From Octopus sinensis (lineage: Eukaryota): 64,000 nucleotides of DNA. Made by a program: the position numbers and the translations under genes. The notes beneath the pieces are model-generated. The model was not told where the DNA came from and did no database searches. It saw nothing but the letters and a program-made list of their open reading frames with translations. Location of the stretch: assembly GCF_006345805.1 (NCBI RefSeq), contig NC_042997.1, forward strand, positions 202,120,001 to 202,184,000, read 5' to 3'. Shown here piece by piece: positions 27,761-40,079 of the stretch (positions are counted from its first letter, which is position 1; each line of letters starts with the position of its first letter).

Positions 27761-29084
27761 TCAACACTTTTTTTTTTTTGCTATAAAACCTGTTTTGTTG
27801 AAGAACCATTTCAGTTTGATTCAACCAATATACCAACTTAATGAATATTCTTCCATGTTTTAAAAGTTATTCATTTTTATGTTATTATTGTTGTTGCCCT
27901 ATTTTGATTTTAATCAAAAGTTTCTGCAAATGGAATTTAAGACTTATTCTAATGCAATTTAGTTTTGGCTCGGGCAATTGAATAGAAATAGACTTCAGGT
28001 TATTCATTAACTGTTGAAATACTTTGCCAACAAATCTTCATTAGAAACCGGGACCTTGAACCCTAGAATGATACAATCTAGAAGCTTACTTAACAGTGAT
28101 TTAGAGTTACAAGGTTTAATTTTGATTTGGGTGACGGAGGGCATATTGCAATGAGAAATGATTAAAATGTTCCATTATATTGGTAAATTGGATTCCTCGC
28201 ATTTAGTTAGGTGTTTCCAAATGTTCTAATGACTGATCTAAAAAACATTTTTATACTCTTAAATTTAGGTTTATTGCTGATATACTTTCATAGATTTCCT
28301 CTTGAAATACCAAATCTGAAAAATTAATAGAGAAATAAGTATTTCAATTAATAATGACTTATTGATGTGTATAATGGATAAATAAAATTATCTTTTATCT
28401 TTTACTTGTTTCAGTCATTAGGCAGCAGTAATTCAAATAAATCAACTTACCAAATACATTTTTTATTTTTAAGCTTGGTACAAACTGCTAAGTTACAGGA
28501 AATGTAAACACACACACACACACACACACTCGTGTACATACATGATGGGCTTCTTTCAGTTTCCAAATCCACTCACAAAACTTTGGTCAGCCCAAGGCTT
28601 ATAATAGAAGACACTTGCCCAAAGTGCATGCAGTATGACTGAACCCAGTACCGTGTGGTTGGTAAGCAAACTTTTTACCCCACACTCATGCTTGCAACTA
28701 CATGAAAGTTGACCTTGAAGGGATTTGAACTCTGAGCACAAATAGTTGTGATGCAATGAGGAGGTATTAATGCTTTAACGACCGAATCATTGTCTCTATT
28801 TTAACATCCATCTTTGCATGGATCAGAAGGAATAGACTGAGGCAGATTTTCTGTGGTCTGATGCCTTTCCTATCACCAATTCACTGTTTCCAAGTAAGGT
28901 CGTATTTATTCCTTGCCAGACATGTTCCCATCGAAGATTAGAAATGAAATATATTGCTTGTATGATGGTGACATTTATTTACAGTTATCATACCATGTCA
29001 AGATAAGGGCACACACAACACACACAATGGGTTTCATGTGTGTGTGTGTATGTATATATATATATATATATATATGAAATATAT

Positions 29085-29544
29085 GTGAGACCATAACCCG
29101 TGGCCTCAGTCCACTTATGCATTCCTTTCCTTCTTGGGACACAAAACTCTACTTGTGAAGACCTGTTGAGGCAAGTGAAAATCAAATCAAAATCAAAAAT
29201 CAAAATCGATCAACATCAATGGAAATTGTAGCTGTGATACCAGTGCCGGTGGCACATAAGAGAACCATCCGAATGTGGCCGTTGCCAGCGCCGCCCCGAC
29301 TGGCTTCCGTGTCGGTGGCACGTGGAAAGCGCCATCCGATCATGGCCGTTTGCCAGCCTCGTCTGGCACATAAAAAGCATCCACTACATTCATGGAGTGG
29401 TTGGCGTTAGGAAGGGCATCCAGCCGTAGAAACATTGCCAGATCAGACTGGGCCTGGTGCAACCTTCTGGCTTCCCAGACCCCAGTTGCACCGTCCAACC
29501 CATGCCAGCATGGAAGGCGGACGCAAAACGATGATGATGATGAT
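29085..29544 (+). mobile_element. RTE 3'-UTR-derived copy ending in (GAT)n, with 19-bp TSD
   Basis: Begins with sequence matching the 3' UTR just after the RTE stop at 62302 and ends ..CGCAAAACGATGATGATGATGAT. ATATATATATGAAATATAT flanks both sides (29066-29084, 29545-29563). Confidence 0.88.
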
Positions 29545-29730
29545 ATATATATATGAAATATATAGAAATGGTGTACTTTGACTGACTAAGGTGATGTAAT
29601 CCAATGGTAGAAAGACTTCCACAAATTAGGGACTTCAAAGCCAGTCAGAAGGACAGGGGTCCATGTGAGCATGCAGTAAATAGTTAATTAAAGAAAACAG
29701 AGAGAAGAAAGACAAGAAAAATACAATACG

Positions 29731-29958
29731 AGGACGTAGTACATGCAAAGTATTAATGAGACACTCAGAGAAGGAAAGAAAGAGTGGTTGTTTTTATGTT
29801 TGGAGCTAAGCTTCTCCTTGGAAAAGAAGGAAAAAAGGAAGAAGGGGGGAAAAATCACCAATAGTCCATGTGTAGCTACATGGGAAGTCAAAAGAAAATG
29901 ACCACTCTTTCTTTCCTTCTCTGAGTGTCTCATTAATACTTTGCATGTACTATGTCCT
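29731..29958. repeat. 58-bp inverted repeat (1 mismatch) with a 112-bp spacer
   Basis: 29731-29788 versus 29901-29958. Confidence 0.92.
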
Positions 29959-30006
29959 TACATTGTTGGGTTTTTTTTGTTGTCTTTTATTTATATATAT
30001 ATATAT

Positions 30007-30462
30007 AAAATCAAAATCAAAATCAAAATCAAACCAAATCAAAATAGATGAACATCAATGGAATTTGTATCCTTGTGGTACCAGTGCCGGTGGCACATAA
30101 GAAAACCATCCGAACGTGGCCGTAGCCAGTACCGCATCGACTGGCCTCCGTGCTGTGGGCACGTAACAAACACCATCCGATCGTGGCCATTCGCCAGCCT
30201 CGGCTGGCACCTGTGTTGGTGGCACATAAAAAACACCATCCGAGCGTGGCCGTCTGCCAGCCTCGTCTGGCACCTGTGTCAGTGGCACATAAAATCACCC
30301 ACTACACTCTCGGAGTGGTTGGCGTTAGGAAGGGCACCCAGCTGTAGAAACACTGCCAGATCTGACTGGCCTGGTGCAGCCTTCGAGCTTGTCAGACCCC
30401 AGTTGAACCGTCCAACCCATGCTAGCATGGAAAGCGGACGTTAAACGATGATGATGATGATG
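30007..30462 (+). mobile_element. RTE 3'-end copy with (AAAATC)n start and (GAT)n tail in a TA tract
   Basis: Nearly colinear with 39474-39843 and with the 62.4-63.9 kb units; has the GGCGTTAGGAAGGGCA and CCGTCCAACCCATGCTAGCATGGAAAGCGGACGTTAAACGATGATG tail. Confidence 0.88.
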
Positions 30463-32497
30463 ATATATATATATATATATTATCATTATCAACATTTAAT
30501 GTCTGTTGTCCATGCTGGCATGGGTTGGACAATTTGTCTGTGGTGGGCAAGCTGGAAGGCTGCACCAGACTCCAGTCTGATTTGGCATGGTTTTTCGGCT
30601 GGATGCTTTTATGTGTCACTGGCACAGGTGTTACACCAGTATCTGCCTTGACTACAATTTTACTTGGCTTGGTGAGTCTTCTTCTCAAGCCAAGGTCTCG
30701 GTCATTCATCATTGCCTCCATGAGCCCCAATACTTGAAAGGAGCTTTTCACATGCCACTGGCATCAGCCACTTCCCCTCCGTAAGGCCCAATGCTCAAAA
30801 AGGTGCTTTTTACGAGCCAGTTACACAACACCAGCATTGGCCATGGTTACGATTTCACTTACATACGACAGGCATTTTTCACTTTCCATCAACCAAATCC
30901 ACTCTGAAAGCTTTGGTCAAACTAGAGCTATAGTAGAAGACACCCAACGTGCCATGTGGTTGGGAAGTAAATTCTCAACCACACAGCTGCCACATCTATA
31001 CACATTAAATTAAAGCTGAATCATATTTCCGTAACATGGCATGATTTAAGACTGCAGGTCACGTGTGTGTGTTTGTGTGTTGTAGTTTGCAATTGAATGA
31101 GTTTAATCGTAATCTAAAATTTATGTGACTTGTTTCATGTCTTCCCCATTACTGCACTCTCTGTTAATTGATAAGAAATTCCTAATTAACCAGACATTTT
31201 AGTAAAAGTCATCCTCGTGTTGATAGTTAAAATATTCCAATGGCTTTTGTAGCAGAAAATTTATCAGACTTTCAGAGAGACATTACGATGAATCTGTTTT
31301 TAAATATTAATATAAAAGTTCTCTGAGAGATTTTTACCATCAATGTTTTTTTTTTCATTTCCTGCTTTGGGGGAGTAAAAATACATTATTTACTTTCAGT
31401 ACTTAGTCATGATCTTGGTTGGCTTGTACAGTGGACAGTGAAATGTCCACAATCATCTCAGCTTCAAGCATAGTCCCCTGCATCTTTGCAGGTAGTGCTA
31501 AGTTGCTTCAGTGCCATTCATTTCTGTAAAACTATGTCTAGTGTAATGACCTTATTTGGACACAAGTTAGTGTTGGGAACAGGAAATGCATCCTGTCATA
31601 GAAAATCTGCCTCAATGAATTGTCTGAACTATGCATGGTAAACTCAATTTTAAGATGACGAGGGTTGGAGGGTGCATATGTGTGTGTGTTTGTTTACCAG
31701 ATAAAATTCAGTGTTGATGCCCCTCTTATGTCAAATATATAACTTAGACAATCAATGAATAGAGATTATTATTAAAATAAACAGACTGTACAAAAACTGG
31801 GGTGTGACAGAAAGCAATAAAAATATCAAAAATATTTTCTCTTTTATGATGAATTTCTTGTAGCAAGTCTGAAAATGTTTTTATTCCATTTCTTTTTAGT
31901 AGATTGCAATTTTCTCTCTTGCAATAAACATCCATCTTCATTCAAATCTATGTTATGTTCATCTTATTCTTCACTACACCTAAATCCTAACATGACTCTG
32001 CCTCTAAAATCCTCTTTTCAACACAGTCTGCCAGTTCAACAGAAAGAGGTCTCCAAACTGATTCCAATACAAATAGTCTATTAAATTTCTTTCTCTTGTT
32101 GTTGTTGTTGTTAACAGTTTGATAAAAAGGATATTGAATCAACTATATAGAAGTTTCCAGAAGCACTGAACTTACATTTTGTTTTGAATGGATCCTACAT
32201 TATCTCATATCTTCACGATTTCATTCATCTGATTGATTGTTTACTTTTAGAATGACATTGCAGGGTAGGTGTGAGAGGCCGACTCTGGCTGGTTTGAAAA
32301 TTAAACAAGTAGAATATTTGGCCATTATTATGTAGCTGGTTTAAATGCTAAAAGGGTTAAACAATTTATATTCTTTTTTTTTTTTTTTTTTTTACAAAAT
32401 ATGCAATTTTGATATCCTGAATATATATCTCAAATAAACATCTACCTTATGCAGTTTCATCACAGTAATGACGACAAGGTTAAAGAGTATCAGATAA

Positions 32498-32720
32498 TAA
32501 TAATAATAACATTAATAATAATAATAACAATAATAATGATAATAATAATAACAATAATAATGATAATAATAATAACAATAATAATAATAATAATAACAAC
32601 AATAATAATAATAATAACAATAATAACAATAATAATAATAATAACAATAATAACAATAATAATAATAACAATAATAATAATAATAATAATAAAAATGATA
32701 ATGATGATGATAATAATAAT
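32498..32720. repeat. (AAT/AAC/GAT)n trinucleotide microsatellite
   Basis: Direct reading; source of the poly-I/L/Y ORFs. Confidence 0.95.
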
Positions 32721-33668
32721 AGCAGAAAAGAATTAACTTCAATGAAAATTCTCGTATGTTTTTATTTGCAATTCAGTATTATTGTATATTGATTCCAAAG
32801 AAATTATTTCCATCAAAAGCATACAGAAATGCTGAAAAAGTTAAAAACAATATTCCTGATATTTGATATTATTGATTATGAAGTACCATCACCTTTAATG
32901 TTGCACGGTTACTCTGCTCTCTAAATTATATTAATGCAGTATATATTTCCTTTTTTTTACCAACATTTATACTTTATACATCCGCATTAGAAAATGATAT
33001 CAGTTTGATGTAAAGTTTCATATTAATATAATTTCCTTCAACTTTGCGATGTATACGTACATTTGAATTTATGCAAATGTTGGTAATTAGCATAAAGTAT
33101 AGTAATGGCTCAAAAATACTTATTCCCTTTGTGGAAGTATTTAATAACAAGGAATACTCGTTCACTGTGATAGTTGTTTAACCCAAGGTGAACCCTAACT
33201 GAGCTGGTCAAAGGTATGGCTAGAGGCCTACCAGCTGATTTACTAACCCAAAAGTGACTACTGCCTGCTATATCCATCTTTATGTAAGAAGAAAGGATGA
33301 GAGTTGAAGGAGATTTGGCTGCTATTTCTAGCAGACTGAAAGACCACAATGATGGTCTCTCGTTAGCTCAGTATCACACCTTTGTAGTTTCTATGACTGT
33401 TAATTAGCAAAATATCATACTTAACCTCTTTAACTGCATCTAGTTTATGTATTATTTTTTTTCTTTGAAACAAACATAATTGTCAAATAATTCACAGATA
33501 TTGATTTCTTTTTTTTTCTTATCCAGCCATTCCATCACACTACAGCCATATATTTTATAACTTAAGCTATGTCGTTCAAATTTCTATCGTGTGACAACCG
33601 TGTTATTTTTAATGGTAGTTTTTTTATATGAATTTCATAAATACCACCATGCATATATAAATATATAT

Positions 33669-33721
<53 letters not shown>

Positions 33722-33797
33722 AATATTAGGGAATAAATCCAAATTTACAGGGAAAAAAATCAGATTTAGGATTAAATCCAATTTTATAGTAAAATAT

Positions 33798-33926
33798 TAT
33801 ATAATATTAATTAGAGACAAAACCACTATTTTGCAAAACAAACAAGGAAATTACTTTTTATTAAAATTTTATGTATTGATTAAGTCTTTCCTTGTTTGTT
33901 TTGCAAAATAGTGGTTTTGTCTCTAA

Positions 33927-33939
<13 letters not shown>
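33798..33939. repeat. Perfect 53-bp inverted repeat with a 36-bp spacer, between (TA)n tracts
   Basis: 33798-33850 versus 33887-33939. Confidence 0.92.
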
Positions 33940-33967
<28 letters not shown>

Positions 33968-34017
33968 AGCCCACACATATGTATGTGTATGTATGTATTT
34001 ATATGTGTGTATGCATA

Positions 34018-34058
<41 letters not shown>

Positions 34059-34089
34059 ATATATGTATATGTATATATATATATATCTT

Positions 34090-34385
34090 TGTGACACTCC
34101 GTTGGTTATGACGATGAGGGTTCCGGTTGATCCAATCAACGGAACAGCCTGCTCATGAAATTAAAATGCAAGTGCCTGAGCACTCCACATACACGTGCAC
34201 CCTTAATGTAGTTCTTGGAGAGATTCAGTGTGACACAGAGTGTGACAAGGCTGGCCCTTTGAAATACAGGTACAACAGAAACAGGAAGAAAGATTGAGAG
34301 AAAGTTGTGGTGAAAGAGTACAGCAGGGTTCGCCACCACCCCGTGCTGGGGCCTCGTGGAGCTTTAGGAGTTCTTGCTCAATAAA
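34090..34385 (-). mobile_element. GC-richer interspersed repeat, probably the 3' part of a SINE
   Basis: Sharp GC/CpG-richer block next to a (TA)n tract; resembles a repeat I recall from octopus genomes. No second copy here. Confidence 0.4.
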
Positions 34386-36517
34386 TACTATGGCCAGATG
34401 CCCTTCCTACCACTGACCCTCACCTATTTCCAAATTAGGTAATATTCTGTCTCATGACCCAAATTGTTTTCCACACAAAAAAAAAAAAACTTAAGAACAT
34501 CACTTGTATGATCATAATGCTCATTTACAACCATCACATGATGTTAAGACAAGGTTACATATAAGCACAAACACACATACACACACACTGGCTTATATGT
34601 GATGGGCTTCTTTTAATTTCCATCAACCAAATCCATTCACAAGGCATAGGTTGACTCAGGGCTATACAAGACACTTGTCCAGGGCATTGCACAGTGGGAC
34701 TGAATCCAAGATCACATGACTGGGAAACAAGCTTCTTACTTGGCCACAGCCACATCTGTGCCTTTCTCATAGCTAATTAACATGTAATATCTCATTATCA
34801 TCATCATAAGACAGAATCGTTAACGTGTCAGGCAAAATGCTTTGTGGTATTTTGTCCTTCTTTATTTTGTTGAGTTCAAATTCTATTGAAGTCGATTTTT
34901 GCCTTTCATCTTTTCAAGGTGAATAAGATGAGGACTGGGGCTGGTGTGTTTGTCTTACCCTCCACCCACAAAGTTGCTGGCCTTGTGCTAGAATTTGAAA
35001 CCAATATTTCATTATCAACATTTCTTCATTTTCTTTTTTTTTTTTTGTATTTAATCTTGCCAATTCTTACTTCAAAATTTCTTTACAAAAGTGTTATGTC
35101 AGGAGAACTTTCCATCTTTGTGTTACCTTGTAACTCGTGTTGACGTATCTCAGCAAGGGAGCTGATACAGAGTTGCACTATCTGTTTGAAACAGTAGTGA
35201 AATGTCCTTCAGATCACACCCTCCCTGCTTACAAAAGAAGAAAAGAAAAAAACGAAAGAAAGAAAGAGAGATATATAGAAATAATGGTCACTGCTAGGAT
35301 GTGTTTGATCATTGGTCTGGTCAGGGCTGACCTGAGACCAAGCAGCAATAACAACAAACTACTGAAGATCTTACACATCTATTAAATATTACTTTATCCT
35401 TCTTCCTCTGCCTTTATTACTATTATATCCTGCAGATATATCAAATATATCCCTTTCATATTCATAGAATCTCTTTATTACCAGACTAAATCTTCTCATA
35501 ATCAATAAAGCCATTTTTTTAGTGATAGCATTAAATTCCCACCCAAGTCTATCTTATTTCCTAGGTAACAGAATTTATCTACTTTTTTTCTCTTTTTCAC
35601 AGTATTTGGTGGGCACTCTGCAAATATAAATAAAAATTTATTGTTGCCATTCTTAACAAAATGAAAGATTTAATATGAAACAGAAATAAATCACACATTT
35701 AGTATGATATAAACGCTTAACTGTTAGGAATATCTGCAGTAATTTCTCTCTCATGATGAATCCATTTACGAAAGAGGGTTTCTGGGATTCTGCAATCAAT
35801 AGCTTTTATTGATGTTTCTAATTCTTTTTATTCTACCAGCCAGAACTATACAATGGACTAACCTACAAACTCATTAGAATATGAGCAAATAATATTCCTA
35901 TTATTTCTTTATCACACACCAAACACAATACACTAAGCTATAAGTGAACAATGGTTCTGTTATAGCTTCTGCTATAGCTTCCACAACTTCTTTTCCTTTC
36001 CAGTAGTTAAGCACCCAATTGTAAGTTAATCTCATTCATATTACCACGCTTACATCTAGTTTTGTTTAAGATGTTGGTATATCGCATATAACTCACTGTT
36101 GGTGGATTTGAACTCTGCCCTGCAATCCAGCAATCAGTTGTTAATTCTTCAGTGTTGCTGTTCTCATTTGAGCAATCGATTTAAAAATTTATGGATATTT
36201 GTTTTGGCCCAGCAGAGGACAATACTGTGACAATGATAGTAACAAGGTGTGGGCCACAGACTCATTGATTTGCTTACCCTCTTCCTTATCATGATCATTT
36301 AACATGCATTTTGCATACCAGCATGGATTGGATTGTTTGGCAGGATCTGATGAGCCAGAGGACTGTGATAGGCTCCACTCTCTGCTTTGGTATGGCCTCT
36401 ACCTATTTCAATATCATGCCTCTCTCGTGATCAAAGAGTCTTGCCTTCTAAGTTAGTTGGTGAACTCAATAATGCCAGTGATTCAAAAATATCCTGTAAA
36501 ATGATTGGGGTTAGAGT

Positions 36518-36636
36518 GATACTGGAATGGACATAGCCAATCTGAAAGAAGCAGCCCAGGATAGAACTGACTGGAGGACACTGATCCGAGTGACCGAGAG
36601 TCGACTTCGACTGAGCGGATAGAGAGAGAGAGAGAG
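36518..36636 (+). mobile_element. BovB-like RTE 3' terminal fragment with (AG)n tail
   Basis: DTGMDIANLKEAAQDRTDWRTLIRVTESRLRLSG* (TAG at 36620) immediately followed by (AG)n. Resembles the BovB/RTE terminus ..L.E.v.DR..WR..i..V.kSR.RL..*. Confidence 0.75.
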
Positions 36637-37806
36637 TAGCATGTCTTCCTGCTTTTTACGTTCCGAGTTCAAACTCTGCTGTGGTCAGCTTTACCTTTCA
36701 TCCTTTCGGGTTGAATAAAATAAATAAATAAATACCAGTCAAGTACTGGGGTGGATGTAATTGACTAACCCCCATACCCTTAAAACAGACATTGGAGCTC
36801 AACACAGCCCTCTGACTTGTCAGATCCTGTCAAACTGTCCATCCCATGTCATCATAGAATATGGACACTAAATTATTATTATTATTATTATTATGATCTC
36901 CAATCATAATATTGGTGCTAGATATTACACAACTATTATAATATCTGTATATTGTGTATATTATGCTATCCCTCTATCCAGTTCCAAAACCTATTTATTC
37001 CAGTACTTTTCGGGTGATCTTTAAATACAAACAAAACTCATCACTGAAGTAGAATTTTATTGCTTTTGGACATGAGAAACAGCTTCTCGGGGAAAAACAT
37101 TGAATAAAAAGAAATAATGGAAACACTGAAGCAGCAAATGTATAAATATTTATAGAGTAACTTACGGAATTATATTCTCTTATTTCAATATCCAGTTACC
37201 CTTTATAGCTGTGTTTATATTTCTTTGATATAAGAAACGGAATGAACACAGTTCTAATTTCATTGTTGCGATTCATTTTTGAATCATAAACTATCAGCTC
37301 TCGTCAATAGAATAATAATTTAATTGTTTATGGTGTTGCTTTTTACCTTTGTTCTTTTATAATTGTAAACCTCCAAACTGATGATTGAGTGTCATGAAAT
37401 GTATGGTTTACCTGATTTCACTCTATAAATAGTTATGTAATTTGAAGGTTTTTATAGAAACACCCAACGAATTGGCTTCATTGTCCACACTTAACACCAT
37501 CTAACTGCTTTTCATCTTGACCTCTATTTATTTTCTGAATGTATATTTTACATAATATAAATCATTTACGCTCTATCTCACTTTTTTTCCCCCCTATCAA
37601 TTATTCAGATAATATTTTTCTGATACAATATCTTTATAACCATGCCATCAGAATAAGAGAATTTTCAAACTCCTGCTTATCATTATTATATTTTTTTATT
37701 GCTGTTGTTATCATTGTTGTTATTTATTATGATTATTATTATTATTTGAAGGCTATAAGTTAGCAGAACTGTGCTGGGCAAAATGCTTAGTGGTACTTCA
37801 TTTGTC

Positions 37807-38038
37807 AGGCGGCGAGCTGGCAGAAACGTTAGCACACCAGGCGAAATGCATAGCCGTATTTCGTCTGCCGTAACGTGCTGAGTTCAAATTCTGCCGAGGT
37901 CAACTTTGCCTTTCATCCTTTCGTGGTCAATAAATTAAGTACCAGTTACCCACTGGGGTCGATGTAATCGACTTAATCCGTGTGTCTGTCCTTGTTTGTC
38001 CCCTCTGTATTTAGCCCCTTGTGGGTAGTAAAGAAATA
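37807..38038 (+). mobile_element. SINE-B full copy with 15-bp TSD, inserted in an older SINE-B
   Basis: AGGCGGCGAGCTGGCAGAAACGTTAGCAC..GAGTTCAAATTC..CAACTTTGCCTTTCATCC..GTAAAGAAATA; GGTACTTCATTTGTC at 37792-37806 and 38039-38053. Confidence 0.88.
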
Positions 38039-38389
38039 GGTACTTCATTTGTCTTTGTGTTCTGAGTTCAAATTTCATCGAGGTCACTTTGCATTTCATC
38101 ATTTCAGGGTCAGTGAAATAAGTACCAATTGAGAATCAGGGTTGATGTAATTGACTGCCCCCTTCGCCCAAAATTTCCAGTTGATTGCTTATTCTTCTAT
38201 TGTTCATATAGGGGTGATATTGGCAGGTATAATCAGAGGGTTTATTATGGGTTGAGAAGGAGCTATATTAATAATGATTTGTCATAGGTTGTGTCCATCA
38301 GGATTAGTTTGTGTAGGTAATTTAATTTATGAAACAATTCATAGTCGAAAGTTATTTTTAAGTACCTATAATACAAAGAATTATTATTA

Positions 38390-38800
38390 AGGTGGTGAGC
38401 TGGCAGAATCATTAGCACACCGGGTGAAATGCTTAGCAGTATTTCGTCTGTCTTTACATTCTGAGTTCAAATTCCACCAAGGTCGACTTTGCCTTTCATC
38501 CTTTCAGTGTCAATAAATTAAGTACCAGTTGCATACTGGGGTCAATCTAATCAACTGCCCCCCTCCCCAAAAATTTCAGGCCTTGTGCCTAGAGTAGAAA
38601 AGAATCATTACTGCACTTGGCAAAATGTTTAGCAGCATTTCTTCCTGCTTTTTACGTTCCGAGTTCAAATTCTGCCGCAGTCAGCTTTGCCTTTCATCAT
38701 TTCAGGTCCAATAATAAATAAATACCAGTCAAGTACTGGGGTGGATGTAATTGACTAACCCCCTACCCTGAAATGTCAAGCCTTGTGCCTATAGTAGAAA
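38390..38800 (+). mobile_element. Cluster of SINE-B variants with a CCTTGTGCCTAGAGTAGAAAAG tail
   Basis: Two consecutive copies. Similar variants occur at 8742-8965, 20930-21090, 39180-39400, 44335-44518 and 61220-61700. Confidence 0.75.
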
Positions 38801-39473
38801 GGATTATTTTTATCATTATTATTATTATTTTCCGATTGATTTGCATTTTATTTCGTCTTTCAGCCAAGTCTCAACTAGAGACCAAAGGCACATATATTAT
38901 TATTATTATTATTATTATTATTCATATACTCTCAACAGGTTGGACAGTTGGAAAAGAAAAAAGAATCCTAACATCGGGCTACAACAATTTGCCTTAGATG
39001 TCAAGAACCCACCTATCAGGTTACAGCAAGTAACCTTAGATGCCAAGAACCCTCCTAAGTATCCTAGCTGTCCCTATTAATTCTGCTTTTTTTTTTCTCT
39101 GCAGCTGTACTAAACTGGGTTTCCTCTGTCCATCTATTCAGATCTTTAGGGATAGTTTTCAATACACCTATAACTACTGGGAGGCAGTGAGCTAGCAGAA
39201 TCGTTAGCATGCCAGGCGAAATACTTAGCAATATTTTGTCTACCACTACATTCTGAGTTCAAATTCCACCGAGGTCAACTTTGCCTTTCATCCTTTTGGG
39301 GCCAATGAAATGAGCACGAGTTATGCACTGGGGTTGATATAATCAACTAGCCCCCTTCCCCAAAAATTTTCAAGGCTTTTTGCCTAGAGTAGAAATAATT
39401 TTTATTATCATCATTATTATTATTATGAAATGGACAATTATTATGAAATGGACAATTATTATGAAATGGACAA

Positions 39474-39843
39474 AATCAAAAGCAAACTCGATGAACATTA
39501 ATGGAATTTGTAGTTTTGTGGTACCAGTGCCGGTGGCACATACGAAAACCATCCGAAAGTGGCCGTAGCCAGTACCACATTGACTGGCCTCCGTGCCGGT
39601 GGCACGTAAAAAACACCATCCGAGCGTGGCCGTTCGCCAGCCTCGTCTGGCACCTGTGTCGGTGGCACATAAAATCACCCACTACACTCTCGGAGTGGTT
39701 GGCATTAGGAAGGGCATCCAGCTGTAGAAACACTGCCAGATCTGACTGGCCTGGTGCAGCCTTTGGGCTTCCCAGACCCCAGTTGAACCGTCCAACCCAT
39801 GCTAGCATGGAAAGCGGACGTTAAACAATGATGATGATGATGA
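39474..39843 (+). mobile_element. RTE 3'-end copy with (GAT)n tail
   Basis: Same body and tail as 30007-30462. Confidence 0.88.
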
Positions 39844-39868
39844 AGTTAGTGCATGGCTAATTTAATTA

Positions 39869-40061
39869 TGTGTCCGCATGTGTATCATTGCCGATTTTCT
39901 TTCTCCGTCTTCCCTTCTTTGGTCTTTTTCTATATTTCTGACAAAGAGCTCCGCTCGAAACGTGAAATCCTCTTTCTTTTCTTTCCTTTCCTGAGCGTCC
40001 AATAACACAGTACTTGTACCACGTCCTCATGTTGTTTTTTCTTGCTTGTTCTTGTTTGGAT
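39869..40061 (+). mobile_element. 193-bp element with a hammerhead-like motif and a perfect 15-bp TSD
   Basis: TGGCTAATTTAATTA at 39854-39868 and 40062-40076; internal attt-CTGACAA-a-gagc-tcc-gctc-GAA-ACGT-G-aaat (39934-39968). Confidence 0.75.
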
Positions 40062-40079
40062 TGGCTAATTTAATTAGCT

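Noticed and set aside
32449-32742. Long poly-I/L/Y ORFs, and similar YI/CV/HT-rich ORFs at 2.2-2.7, 11.3-12.6, 15.5-16.0 and 50.2-50.6 kb
   Set aside because: They are translations of microsatellites.
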